IMG/VR virus record: IMGVR_UViG_3300014208_000026
Span: 193,182-257,181 of that record
Length of the DNA: 64,000 bases
Direction: 5' to 3' (one strand)
From: a virus
Lineage: Duplodnaviria > Caudoviricetes
Shown: piece after piece, positions 44,597-54,445 of the stretch
Layout of the letters: each line of letters opens with the position of its first letter
Position numbering within the stretch: the first letter of the stretch is position 1
Made by a program: the position numbers and the translations under genes
The notes under the pieces: generated by a model
Told to the model about the DNA's origin: nothing
The model's database searches: none
The model's input: only the letters and a program-made list of their open reading frames with translations

Positions 44597-44617
44597 CTAT
44601 AGGCCGTCCTAGGTAGG
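44597..44617 (+). promoter_or_regulatory. Late-type promoter motif
   Basis: CTATAG-N6-CTAGGTAGG. Confidence 0.65.
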
Positions 44618-44634
44618 ACAGTAGAGTGGTATCC

Positions 44635-45450
44635 ATGAGAATCCTTGTTGACCTGTCATCGCACGTTTTGAACGCCGGAGGCGCGGGGGGGTTGATTCTC
44701 CAAGCGGAGAAGTCTCCTCCCATTGGATCTCCTGGTACGCCCATCAACGGGAAGTTTGTCATTCCGGTCGAAGAGGGGATGGAAGCGTACATCGATTCCT
44801 CTTCTCATGTTCTGCCGGTCGATGGCACTGACGTGTGCAGTCAGTCTTTTGCGCTCCTGTTGGCCCAGTACCCTCAGTACGAGTACTGCTATTTCAATCC
44901 GCTGTTGACGGCGGCGGATGTTACAGCGGTTTCGGGAGGTTTGGACCTCACGGCAGTTCATGCTCACCAGAGCATTCCTGAGTTCTCATGGGCGGACGTG
45001 CCTTTGCAAACCCGAGTGCTGACGGGTTCTGCTGCGGGTATGGCTCCAGGAAGTACTTCTCTGCCCATTCCCAATCCGACTACGGCAAACCCCGGGCTGG
45101 TAATGACCAATCCGATCACTGAGGTTGGTAGCTTTACTCCAGGGGGGATTGGGGCGGACAAGTTCATGGTCTGGTGGAAGATATACTCGTACGAGGTGAG
45201 TCAGGACGTGCGGGCGACTGGAGGGCTGCTAAACGGTCAGAACACTCCGGCCATCAAGCGGATCAAAGAAATGGACCAGGAGCCCACTGATTTTTACGTG
45301 TTCCTTTCTATCGACGATGGAGCTAACTGGTTCATCGCCAATCGGCTGACGCCGATTGCTGTCTGTTCCAAGGCCCCTTCGGTTCGGCTGATGTTCATGA
45401 ATACCACCCGTGAGCGGGTGTACCTCGCTCAGTACGCTCTGCTTTTCTAG
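44635..45450 (+). CDS. Putative virion structural protein
   Basis: About 271 aa, beta-rich; first gene after a late motif; precedes the giant tail-associated gene. Confidence 0.65.
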   Translation: MRILVDLSSHVLNAGGAGGLILQAEKSPPIGSPGTPINGKFVIPVEEGMEAYIDSSSHVLPVDGTDVCSQSFALLLAQYPQYEYCYFNPLLTAADVTAVSGGLDLTAVHAHQSIPEFSWADVPLQTRVLTGSAAGMAPGSTSLPIPNPTTANPGLVMTNPITEVGSFTPGGIGADKFMVWWKIYSYEVSQDVRATGGLLNGQNTPAIKRIKEMDQEPTDFYVFLSIDDGANWFIANRLTPIAVCSKAPSVRLMFMNTTRERVYLAQYALLF

Positions 45451-45467
45451 AGGGGAGATAGAAGGAT

Positions 45468-48400
45468 ATGACTACGAGCTACGGCACTGGGCTTACGCGA
45501 GTTCTTCCGGCAACGGATCGCCAGTTTGACGTGGTGGTCTGGCAGCAGGATATGCCTCCCCTGGATTCGGAGCACGTTCTCCAGAACCATCTTGCCAATG
45601 AGAAGGTCCGGGAGCACGTCCGTTCGTTGATGTACTCGGGGTTCCTGTTGGACCCGACCATCGCCATGGCGGACTATGCCTTTGACCCCATGTGGAGCAA
45701 TTTTTTCGTGCTCGGGAACACTCGGGCTGGTGAGACTCAGCCGGTTCTTTGGGCTAACGTGAATGGTTGGATTCTCCCCATCGCGGGGACGCAGTTGGCG
45801 GGGGTTGCCAATCATGTTCGACTGAACCCGCCTCCCGCGACCAACAACCGCATCGATATGGTGTTCCTGGAAGTTTGGCGGGCTCTGGTTTCGGCCAATC
45901 CTTCGACGGTGAATAAGCCCTCGGCGAGCACGGTTTGGAAGTACGGAAACGTAGAGTACGGGGATACGAATCCCGCCGATGATCTAACGGACCCTGACGT
46001 CGGATTCGAGACCACAAAGCGGGTGCAGTTGCAATACCGCATTCGAGTTCACGGAGCAGGAGCGGGCGGCGGGACCGGTGTGGCTCTCGACGTCTATCCC
46101 GATGGTTTGGGGGACCCGAATATCCTGGGCCAGGGGACGGCGACGGCTCCGGTTGGCGGGCCTGTCGGGCTTTTCAGTAACATGCGTGAGACTCTCGGGG
46201 ACCCTTCTTTGTGGAGGGCGGGAGACGGGGATTCCAACAACGGTCTGGGAACGGTAGATGGTTACGTCTACGCGATTCCGATTTGTGCGGTGTTCCGTCG
46301 GAATGCTTCTGCTTTCGTAGCGATCAATTCGAGTGGGGGCAACCCGAACCAGAACGGCGGGTTCAACCGCAATACCGCTGCTTCTCTGTTGGTAGACCCC
46401 CGTGATGGAGCCAAGATTCTGACCAGTGCTACGCTGGACGCGGATCTACTTCATACTTTCACGGGCGTCGTGAATGTAACGGGCCTCACGGGTTCCGGTT
46501 TGGATGACACCCAGATTCCGGCGTTGATCGTGTCGGGGTTGTATCTGTGGATCGGCACCGAATTGGTGAAGGTCTCGGCCGTGGGGGCTAATACCGTTAC
46601 CATTTCAGTCCGTGGTTGTTGGGGCACGAGTGCTACTCGTCATGCAGCCGGTTCCGCCTTCGGGTTCTTCAATACCCGTCCTGACGGATTGTTCTCCGAT
46701 CAGATTGCGGTTACCGACATTCTGGATTTGCGTCGAGCGGTCAACCCGGGCAATTGGGATTACCAGCGGCTTCTGGAGCATAACCTCGGGAAGCTCTTGT
46801 CGGGACAGTTGCAGTCCTCTTGGAAAAGGTCGGGGCCTGGGGATACGATCGGACCTTACGTTGTGGAAACCGATTGGCTCCACGCTGTAGGGACAATTGC
46901 GGCCCCAAACCAGACCGTGCCTTTGGACGGGCCGGATGGTATTCGAACCATTTGGTCGGACGCTGCGGTCTGTCAGAGTGGCGTGACGGTGTTGTGTGAT
47001 CCCGATGTGCCTTTGATCAATGGGTATGCTAACTCCCTGGATATCACTGTAGGTTGGGATGTAGGGGCGGATTTCCAGGCTCAGGGGTTTATCAATAACG
47101 CAAACACCGCTGGGGAATGGACTAACGGTTCGACCATTTTCCTGTTCCTTGGTGGGGCGGACAATGGTAGCGGCGCCAGGGCTACGTTCCGTGATGGGAA
47201 TACCCGAGCGGTTCGTTTCGTAATGCCTTACGAGTCTATCACGAGTTTCTCGCCTTATCTGACAAGTGATTGGTCGGCTACGGGGTCCCAGACTCCAGTT
47301 ACGGCCAAGTTTTTGAATTCGTATGCCATGGAACCGGGAGCCGATGGGGAAGTGTTTGTTCCTGTTCAGGAGACTGTTCTGCCCTATGGACATCCTGGAC
47401 CGATGTATCCCTATCCCGCGGGGGAGTACCAGAAACCTTTCATGGTTCTTGGAGGGGTTCTAGACCCTCTGTTCAGAAAAGGAATCACGCGAGCGGCTCT
47501 TCTGGTAGGGACCGATGGGGACGTTGATATTGAAATGGGGTTCAATATTGACCTCTTTACCAGTACCGTGCTGGGGGGTCGATATGATCTTGATTTCCTT
47601 TTGAACCCTCTGGGCAACGACAGTACCGGCTCCCGTTCGGGGGTTTACGCAGTGCTTTACGGGGATCATGAAGCGGGGGCTCAGACCAACAACGGGGCGT
47701 TCCAGGTTGTGGGTATGGGTCTTACGCGAGGTTCTCCTGCCACTGCGGCTACTCGGATCAGAGTACGTCCGGTGGATTCGAGTTTTGCCGCTTGGGTTAC
47801 TACAGCCGGACCCTACAGCCTGACTGTGGAACTCCGGTCCGTGTTTTCAACTGTTGACGATGGGGGTCCTGCAACGGGCCCGGGAGCAGGCCCTGCTGCC
47901 CTGGCAATTGTGTTGACTGACGTGGGGGATGCGATAGGGACGCCCGCGACGGGATCCCACCCGTGGAAATACAATGCTCTGCACGAAGTAGTCGGTGCCG
48001 CGAGAAATTACAGTATGACTCCAGCGGTGCGCACCTCTAAGTTGGAGATTAGCACTACGCTCCTCTATTCTCCCGGACGCGGCGGCACAGCCCGTCTTGC
48101 GGAGGACCTGTGGCGGGTTGCTCTCAAAAACCCCCTTCCGAACTACCTGCGTCAAGCCAAGGGCGTTCTGGATTCCACTTTTGCGAACAACACGAGTATG
48201 CCCCTGGACGAAACTTACTTTGACCCCGACCACATTCAACTGTGGAATAGGTTGTCTGGTAAGGGTGTGGCGGCACCTGTTCTTCCTGACGCGGGAGGGA
48301 ACTTGGTGTCGGGGGCGGAGCAGGACAGAGAGCATGAGTTGTTCGTCGACAAAGGTTCGAAGACGCTGGTTCTGCGACCGTTCCAGGATGAGGCTATGAC

Positions 48401-51008
48401 CTTGGCAGGGATTGTGACCTCTCCTGCTGTCAGTCTGTTGGGGGCTGTGGCTTATCCTGTCTCTTTGATCCCTAAAGACGGATTGGGCTTGTTTACTCCG
48501 GCGCATACTCTGGCTTTTGCTCTACCTCCGGAGTTCATGCCTCGGTTGGGTCGGCAGGATATTCCCTATCACACGGATCTCAATAGTGGGGCGGGGACGT
48601 TCCTGAGCGGTATCAACCACTTGTTCCGAGATTCCATTGATCCTACCCAACTGGTGTTCAACATCATTGGTGGGGATGATAACCTGGGGGGTAACTCCGT
48701 ACTTCAGCTCCATTTCCAGACCGGAAACGAGCGTGTTTACGGGGATGCGGGTCCGACCATTGGCGGAGTTCTGAATCGTCCTTGTTATCAGGCACGCCGT
48801 TCGGATACGGTTTCGGGTCTGTTCGGATCTCTGGCCTATTCAGTGGCTCGCCAGTTCCAGAACGTGAAGTCTTCCGACTTAGGGGCTGGATTGGAAGGGA
48901 TTCAGTTCCCGCCCTATCTCGGGATTGCTCGTCTTTACGGGGTATATGAGCGTCAGGAGTGGATTGATCTGGGCGGCAATGATTTCAACACGGACCGCAT
49001 CACTCCGACCCCGGGAGCGGCCACGAACCTTCTGCGGACGGATGTGGACCAGCAGACTCTGTTCATCATGAAAGACGGGGCCCGGGATATCACTGGAACG
49101 GATCCCACGAATCCTGAGGTCGGAGACCACACCTACGTTATTCCGTCGAACGTGATTGACGTGACCAAGGCCCGGGATTACACGGGAGCCCCTGGATTCA
49201 GCGACTTCAAGGATTTCGATTACGTAGTAGTCGCCACGGTGTTCGGTTTTGCCAAGGAGTTCATTACAGAGAACAACTACGTTCTGTGCCGCCTCCACAA
49301 CGGGGCTGGCACAGATATGACCGCCGTAGAAAGCGGTGGAAGTCCGGGGGAGGCTCCTGCGGCGGCTTTGCTTCAGGACATCCACATGGTCATTCCGGCT
49401 CCTGCCTCGTTGAATGACATGGTGTATACGGGATATTCGCGGACTCCCTACCAAGGGGATCCCTACGGGACTCGTGACGGCAACACCAGGAACATGGGGG
49501 ACTACGGTCTCCGCAGTACCCCTGGGCAGATTCCCCCGACAGATTCTTACGGCCTCACCAACCAAGTACAGCAGTTCAATCCCGTTACGGGTGCAGACCA
49601 GTTGGAAATCCCCAACCCCCGAGGGTTCGCTGTTCTGGCTTCGTTGGATTTCTACACTACATACGGTACGGGAAAGATCGGCGGGGACCTATTCGAAGGG
49701 ACTCTTACGGATACAGGGTACACGGAGAGGTCTTTCAGGTCGTTCCTGCGGGTGCCTGAGACAACTTTGAGTGTTGACCCGACTACTAAGATTCGAGCTT
49801 TCTCCGAAGGGTATCTGCGTACGGCAGGGGGAGCTTCGGTCTATTTCACTATTTCTACCAACACCACAGGGGCTCTGGTCGGGGCGGATCCAGTAGTGTT
49901 CAATATTTACAGGGGCGCCCAACTTTTGGCCACCCACGAGATGACTAACGGTGACGTTGGCGCTGACGTTTCGGCAACGCTCCTGAATATCTGCGGACAT
50001 TTTTCAGGGTCTACCATCTTTGAAGCAAAGAATTTCGGGGGGTACGCTAGATTCCAGGCTTGGCCGGGTGGTAGTTGGGGTAATTCCTTGTCTCTGGAAG
50101 TCATCCGAAACGTCAGTGGGGGTTCTGCCACTGGGGCCGTGCAGATTTGGGGTGGCGACGTTAACATGCTAGCCACTTCTGGTAGCACTTACCTGCATTT
50201 CTCTGGCGGGAAAGATACTCCTGTAAATGCAGGCGACGGTACTTCTCCGATCGGGCTGGCCGGTATGACGGAAAGGCTCCCTCTGGGTATCCTGTTACAG
50301 GATTCCGATTTCATCGGGGAGAGCCCTCTCAATGACACTTCCTCGGGAATGCGGGCATTCTATAACGGGGTCGATGTACCCCAGACCCTGTTGCCTCTTT
50401 CTTCGGGCGGGGATGAGTACAGCCGTTTCACGGCCACCCCCGGGGAATCCCTCGGCATGGTCGACGGGGCTGTCCTCACGTATGTAGCCTATGATGCAGC
50501 AGAGCGTCCAACTGGAACCAAGCGGTTCCGTTTGTTCCGTGGCGGCGGTGCCTGTTTCATGGCTTCAGGGCTGAAGCCCGGAGGTCCGATTGAGTGGGTG
50601 AACGGGGAGTTCCAGACAGGCCAGCAGCCGATTTTGAAGGGCGGGATTCTTTCCGGCAAGGCCATTCTCGTGAGGAACTATCCTGAGGATGCTTTTGCTC
50701 CTACGGCTCGGGTGTCGGAGGGGGATGAGATTCAAATGATCATTCTCACTTCTGGTGTTCTGGCAGGGGCAGACCGGTATACCAGGATGGTGTCTGGACA
50801 AGACCCTGCGGATAACCAGCCCGGGAATCTCAGCATCTCCGGTATTATCTCCCCCACGGGATATGGTTTCGGCAAGACCGCCGCAGATCGATACCGTTTG
50901 GAGGGTAAGCCCATGTTCCGAGTTGGCGCACGTTTGGGGCCGGATCTCTCAAATATCTCTCTGGCTCCTGCCCAGACCCTCCAGGAAACCTACCCAGGTT
51001 ACGTTTAA
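45468..51008 (+). CDS. Giant tail-associated protein (1846 aa), paralogue of 18260-21640
   Basis: DRQFDVVVWQQ..PLDSE; MVFLEVW; ETTKRVQLQYRIR; GTVDGYVYAIP; RPDG..LDLRR. Confidence 0.7.
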   Translation: MTTSYGTGLTRVLPATDRQFDVVVWQQDMPPLDSEHVLQNHLANEKVREHVRSLMYSGFLLDPTIAMADYAFDPMWSNFFVLGNTRAGETQPVLWANVNGWILPIAGTQLAGVANHVRLNPPPATNNRIDMVFLEVWRALVSANPSTVNKPSASTVWKYGNVEYGDTNPADDLTDPDVGFETTKRVQLQYRIRVHGAGAGGGTGVALDVYPDGLGDPNILGQGTATAPVGGPVGLFSNMRETLGDPSLWRAGDGDSNNGLGTVDGYVYAIPICAVFRRNASAFVAINSSGGNPNQNGGFNRNTAASLLVDPRDGAKILTSATLDADLLHTFTGVVNVTGLTGSGLDDTQIPALIVSGLYLWIGTELVKVSAVGANTVTISVRGCWGTSATRHAAGSAFGFFNTRPDGLFSDQIAVTDILDLRRAVNPGNWDYQRLLEHNLGKLLSGQLQSSWKRSGPGDTIGPYVVETDWLHAVGTIAAPNQTVPLDGPDGIRTIWSDAAVCQSGVTVLCDPDVPLINGYANSLDITVGWDVGADFQAQGFINNANTAGEWTNGSTIFLFLGGADNGSGARATFRDGNTRAVRFVMPYESITSFSPYLTSDWSATGSQTPVTAKFLNSYAMEPGADGEVFVPVQETVLPYGHPGPMYPYPAGEYQKPFMVLGGVLDPLFRKGITRAALLVGTDGDVDIEMGFNIDLFTSTVLGGRYDLDFLLNPLGNDSTGSRSGVYAVLYGDHEAGAQTNNGAFQVVGMGLTRGSPATAATRIRVRPVDSSFAAWVTTAGPYSLTVELRSVFSTVDDGGPATGPGAGPAALAIVLTDVGDAIGTPATGSHPWKYNALHEVVGAARNYSMTPAVRTSKLEISTTLLYSPGRGGTARLAEDLWRVALKNPLPNYLRQAKGVLDSTFANNTSMPLDETYFDPDHIQLWNRLSGKGVAAPVLPDAGGNLVSGAEQDREHELFVDKGSKTLVLRPFQDEAMTLAGIVTSPAVSLLGAVAYPVSLIPKDGLGLFTPAHTLAFALPPEFMPRLGRQDIPYHTDLNSGAGTFLSGINHLFRDSIDPTQLVFNIIGGDDNLGGNSVLQLHFQTGNERVYGDAGPTIGGVLNRPCYQARRSDTVSGLFGSLAYSVARQFQNVKSSDLGAGLEGIQFPPYLGIARLYGVYERQEWIDLGGNDFNTDRITPTPGAATNLLRTDVDQQTLFIMKDGARDITGTDPTNPEVGDHTYVIPSNVIDVTKARDYTGAPGFSDFKDFDYVVVATVFGFAKEFITENNYVLCRLHNGAGTDMTAVESGGSPGEAPAAALLQDIHMVIPAPASLNDMVYTGYSRTPYQGDPYGTRDGNTRNMGDYGLRSTPGQIPPTDSYGLTNQVQQFNPVTGADQLEIPNPRGFAVLASLDFYTTYGTGKIGGDLFEGTLTDTGYTERSFRSFLRVPETTLSVDPTTKIRAFSEGYLRTAGGASVYFTISTNTTGALVGADPVVFNIYRGAQLLATHEMTNGDVGADVSATLLNICGHFSGSTIFEAKNFGGYARFQAWPGGSWGNSLSLEVIRNVSGGSATGAVQIWGGDVNMLATSGSTYLHFSGGKDTPVNAGDGTSPIGLAGMTERLPLGILLQDSDFIGESPLNDTSSGMRAFYNGVDVPQTLLPLSSGGDEYSRFTATPGESLGMVDGAVLTYVAYDAAERPTGTKRFRLFRGGGACFMASGLKPGGPIEWVNGEFQTGQQPILKGGILSGKAILVRNYPEDAFAPTARVSEGDEIQMIILTSGVLAGADRYTRMVSGQDPADNQPGNLSISGIISPTGYGFGKTAADRYRLEGKPMFRVGARLGPDLSNISLAPAQTLQETYPGYV

Positions 51009-51010
51009 CA

Positions 51011-51214
51011 ATGGCTGTTGTAGTCCGAAGTCAGATTCCGGCTGAGGTCCGAAAGCCGCACGAAGACAGGTATCGTGAGGCTTTAAGACGTCAGTTGGAA
51101 CTCCCAGACTTGACAAAAGAAGCCCGGGAGTCCATAGTGGCTGCGCTTCGTGCAGTTGGCTGCGCGAAGAAACAGGTGACGGATTCCCCGTCACCTCAGA
51201 AGAAGGAGTTCTAG
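51011..51214 (+). CDS. Hypothetical protein
   Basis: 67-aa ORF filling the gap in frame with operon spacing. Confidence 0.55.
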   Translation: MAVVVRSQIPAEVRKPHEDRYREALRRQLELPDLTKEARESIVAALRAVGCAKKQVTDSPSPQKKEF

Positions 51215-51216
51215 TC

Positions 51217-51918
51217 ATGCGGAATCTATCGTTGCTGCTGGTGCTGATTCTGGTTCTGGTCCTGGGGAGTGCGAGCGTGGCTCTGGCTGAGGACGTCGGC
51301 GTGGGCCCGGGTCTTACGGCCGTGACGGCTACGGTGCAGCCGGTCACCGAAGCTGTCGTTGTTCCTGCCGTGGTCGATCCTACCGTCGCCCCTGCCCCCG
51401 CGACTGTCCCTGTCGTCGCTACCCCTGCGACGACTGACGTAATCGCGGCCCCCACGGTCGATGTTGTCGACGCCCCCGAGGTTACACCGACTGATGTTGT
51501 GGTTGCTCCGGTCGAAGTGGTTGCCCCGAAGGACGTTCCTGCGGAGGCCGTTCCTGCGGAGGCCGAGGTGGTCAATGAAGCCGCGCAGGCTCCGGAGACT
51601 ACGGAAGAGGCGGCCGGGACTGCCGACAAGTTGATTGGTGCCGTCAAGAGCGGTAACTGGCAGCTTGCTCTGGGGGCTCTCCTCATGCTGCTGGTGTATT
51701 TCCTGAACAGCGTGTTCAAGATTCAGGAGAATCTGGCAAACCCCAGCAACCTGAAGTGGTTCGCCGTTGGTGCGGGCGTGATCGTTCAGATTGCTGCTGG
51801 TCTGATGGGCACCCTCTCTTGGGACACCGTCATTCTTGGGGGTGGCGCTTCGGGTCTGATTGGTGTCGGTATCTGGGAAGTGGTCGGCAAGGCCCTCTTC
51901 ACCAAGAAGTCCGCGTAG
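51217..51918 (+). CDS. Membrane protein: signal peptide, PAVT-rich linker, about 3 C-terminal TM helices (holin-like)
   Basis: LSLLLVLILVLVLGSASVALA; C-terminal GGGASGLIGVGIWEVVGK. Confidence 0.7.
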   Translation: MRNLSLLLVLILVLVLGSASVALAEDVGVGPGLTAVTATVQPVTEAVVVPAVVDPTVAPAPATVPVVATPATTDVIAAPTVDVVDAPEVTPTDVVVAPVEVVAPKDVPAEAVPAEAEVVNEAAQAPETTEEAAGTADKLIGAVKSGNWQLALGALLMLLVYFLNSVFKIQENLANPSNLKWFAVGAGVIVQIAAGLMGTLSWDTVILGGGASGLIGVGIWEVVGKALFTKKSA

Positions 51919-51964
51919 CTGTCTTCCTCTTCCTCTCCCCTCTTCCCTTCTCACGATTTTTCCC

Positions 51965-51985
51965 CTATAGTTCCTCCTAGGTAGG
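51965..51985 (+). promoter_or_regulatory. Late-type promoter motif
   Basis: CTATAG-N6-CTAGGTAGG. Confidence 0.65.
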
Positions 51986-52001
51986 AGGTACGAAAGACCC
52001 T

Positions 52002-52571
52002 ATGTCTTATTTTGATCCCAACCCCGAGGAAAAGCTGCGCCAGAACATTTCTTTGCTGGTCGGCAAGAAGTGGACGAAGGCTCTCCTGCCCTGGACCAAG
52101 ACGATCAAGGCTCAGATCCGGACGGTAGCCGAGAAGCACAACATAGAGCGTGAGTACTTCTGCCACCTCTTGTTCTCCGTGGCTTCCGACTGGCCCAGCC
52201 TGCCTTCGGACCAGCGAAGGGGGCTCAACTGGTCTCTAAAATTGGCTTTCTGGAATGGGGAGTTCAAGGACTGCGACAACTGGACTCCACCCCTCGATCG
52301 GGAACGAGACCAGATCGACGATGCCGTAAGGGAGATGGCAACCTGGGTCTCTACGGTCGTCAAGAAGGCGTGGCTCCGTCTCCTCTTCCAGTCCGCTGAG
52401 GCGGCGATCCCGATGGTCGAAAAGTATCTCGGCAAGGGCGTAGAGGATCACATTACGATGCTGGCCTATGTTCTGTCTGAGTTCCGGAAAGGGCTAGACG
52501 AGAACGAAGGTATTTTCGACTTCGCGCCACAAGTGAACCTGATCCTCAACGGGTGGTTGGCCAGCAAGTAG
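52002..52571 (+). CDS. Hypothetical helical protein
   Basis: 189-aa ORF with AGGAGG RBS. Confidence 0.7.
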   Translation: MSYFDPNPEEKLRQNISLLVGKKWTKALLPWTKTIKAQIRTVAEKHNIEREYFCHLLFSVASDWPSLPSDQRRGLNWSLKLAFWNGEFKDCDNWTPPLDRERDQIDDAVREMATWVSTVVKKAWLRLLFQSAEAAIPMVEKYLGKGVEDHITMLAYVLSEFRKGLDENEGIFDFAPQVNLILNGWLASK

Positions 52572-52632
52572 TCGGTCGAGTCCGGTCCCGAATAGGGTAT
52601 ATAGAAGTAGCCACCTCGGACGGTCCGCACGC

Positions 52633-54429
52633 ATGTTCGACGCCCATCTCTATGACCGGCTCCTGAAAGTCCGGACGAACAAGAAACTGAAGCTCAATCC
52701 CACTCCCTACCTGCGAACTACGTTCACGGGGTTCGACGGTTTGGAGCACCCTTTGCAGTTGAGATACTATCAACTACAAGGTGTATTGCATCTACATATG
52801 ATGTCTAGATTTATACTTGGGGACGATTGCGGACTCGGAAAAACTTTGAGCAGTATCGCGGGGTTATGCTACGTTTGGTCGAAAAATCCTAGTATGAAAG
52901 CCATTATTCTCACCAACAAATCTGCAACCACACAATGGGCAGGTGAGTTCGGTAAATTCACCCAAGGCATTCGCGTCCTGCTTTGCAAAGGCACCGCAGA
53001 ACGGCGTGCAAAAATCCGTGCCCAGTTCCTCGAAGAAACAACCCAGCCTACGGTCATGATTCTAGGCTATCGCTCAGCCGTCCAGGACTTCTCGGAACTT
53101 CAAGGGCTGTCCGGCTATGCTCTCGTTCTCGACGAGGTCACGGCTGTCAAGAACACCAAGACCCGTGTGCACAAGGTTGTAAAGCATTTCGCTTCTCAGG
53201 CCGTCCGAGTGTGGGGGCTGTCGGCAACCATCATCAAGAACAACCTCCTGGAAGGCCATGCCATCTACAGTCTGGTGGTCCCGGGGCTTTTCGGGTCGAT
53301 GAACAATTTCCTGGACAAGTACTGTATCTGTAAGCTCCAACCCATCGGGAAAGGGCGTAAAGTAAAGGTCATGGTGGGGTACCGTCCTGGGGCCATTCCA
53401 GATTTTCGTCGGTTGATCGACCCCTATTTCCTGGGCCGCCCGAAGCACGAGGTAGCCTCAGAGCTTCCGGTTCTGACCATCAAGGAAATCGAGGTTGGCC
53501 TGTCCCCCGAACAGGAGCACTGGTACCGCGAAGCCCAGGACGCGATGAAGAACCAGCTCATGCTGACGATTCGCGGGGAAGAGAAGGAGATCACCCCTCT
53601 CACGCAGATTATCTATTTCCAGCAGATCGTCAATCACCCCGAACTCATCGGAGTTCCTGGTGGGTCAGAGAAGATCGATACGCTCATTGACCTGCTGACT
53701 GAGGGAGAGCTGATCGGTGAGAAGGTCATCATATATACCCGCTTCAAAAAAATGGTCGATATCCTTATGCCGGTTCTGGAACAGAACGGGTTGAAGGCTG
53801 TCCGTATCACGGGAGCCGAGGATGAAGATGGGCGTCAGGCCGCTCAGGATGCTTTCCAGAATCCTAACTCGGAAACGCAGGTTGTTTGCCTGACGGACGC
53901 AGGGTCCGAGGCCATCAATCTGCAAGCGGCCAAAGCCCTGGTTTTCATTGACACACCTTGGTCTGCCGGAAACCTATTACAGATTCTCGGCAGGATGATC
54001 CGCATCGGTTCTGTCCACGATCGGGTATATGCAATCCACCTGATTGCCCGAGGGCCTGGAAGATCCAAGTCCATCGACGGGCACGTCATGGAAGTGGTCA
54101 AGAAGAAACTGGACGTGGTGGAAGCGGTGATTGGAAAGCGTTTGAAGGGAGAGAGCGAGAAGGCCGTGCAGGTCCAGCCGGAGAACGACATTTCCGCCCT
54201 GTTTAGGGCCCTTCAGGAGGATGCAGGTGTCGTTAAAGTCAAAGATGCTGTTGTTACCACTCCACAGAGCCACGGGGCGCCAGAGGAGACTTTGGTACCC
54301 TATGATCCTCAGTATGGGGCAAAGGTTGTCGAAAATGCCCGCGCCCTCTCAGAACCGGCTCCCAAAGAGGAACCCGCCCCGAAAGAAGGCCCTAAGGACG
54401 ATTTCGATTTGTCTCTACTCTTGAGCTAG
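52633..54429 (+). CDS. SNF2-family (SF2) helicase/ATPase
   Basis: LRYYQ; GDDCGLGKT; LDEV; LSAT; KVIIYTRF; EAINLQAA..FIDTPWS..QILGRMIRIG. Confidence 0.92.
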   Translation: MFDAHLYDRLLKVRTNKKLKLNPTPYLRTTFTGFDGLEHPLQLRYYQLQGVLHLHMMSRFILGDDCGLGKTLSSIAGLCYVWSKNPSMKAIILTNKSATTQWAGEFGKFTQGIRVLLCKGTAERRAKIRAQFLEETTQPTVMILGYRSAVQDFSELQGLSGYALVLDEVTAVKNTKTRVHKVVKHFASQAVRVWGLSATIIKNNLLEGHAIYSLVVPGLFGSMNNFLDKYCICKLQPIGKGRKVKVMVGYRPGAIPDFRRLIDPYFLGRPKHEVASELPVLTIKEIEVGLSPEQEHWYREAQDAMKNQLMLTIRGEEKEITPLTQIIYFQQIVNHPELIGVPGGSEKIDTLIDLLTEGELIGEKVIIYTRFKKMVDILMPVLEQNGLKAVRITGAEDEDGRQAAQDAFQNPNSETQVVCLTDAGSEAINLQAAKALVFIDTPWSAGNLLQILGRMIRIGSVHDRVYAIHLIARGPGRSKSIDGHVMEVVKKKLDVVEAVIGKRLKGESEKAVQVQPENDISALFRALQEDAGVVKVKDAVVTTPQSHGAPEETLVPYDPQYGAKVVENARALSEPAPKEEPAPKEGPKDDFDLSLLLS

Positions 54430-54445
54430 GGAGGATACCGTAAAA

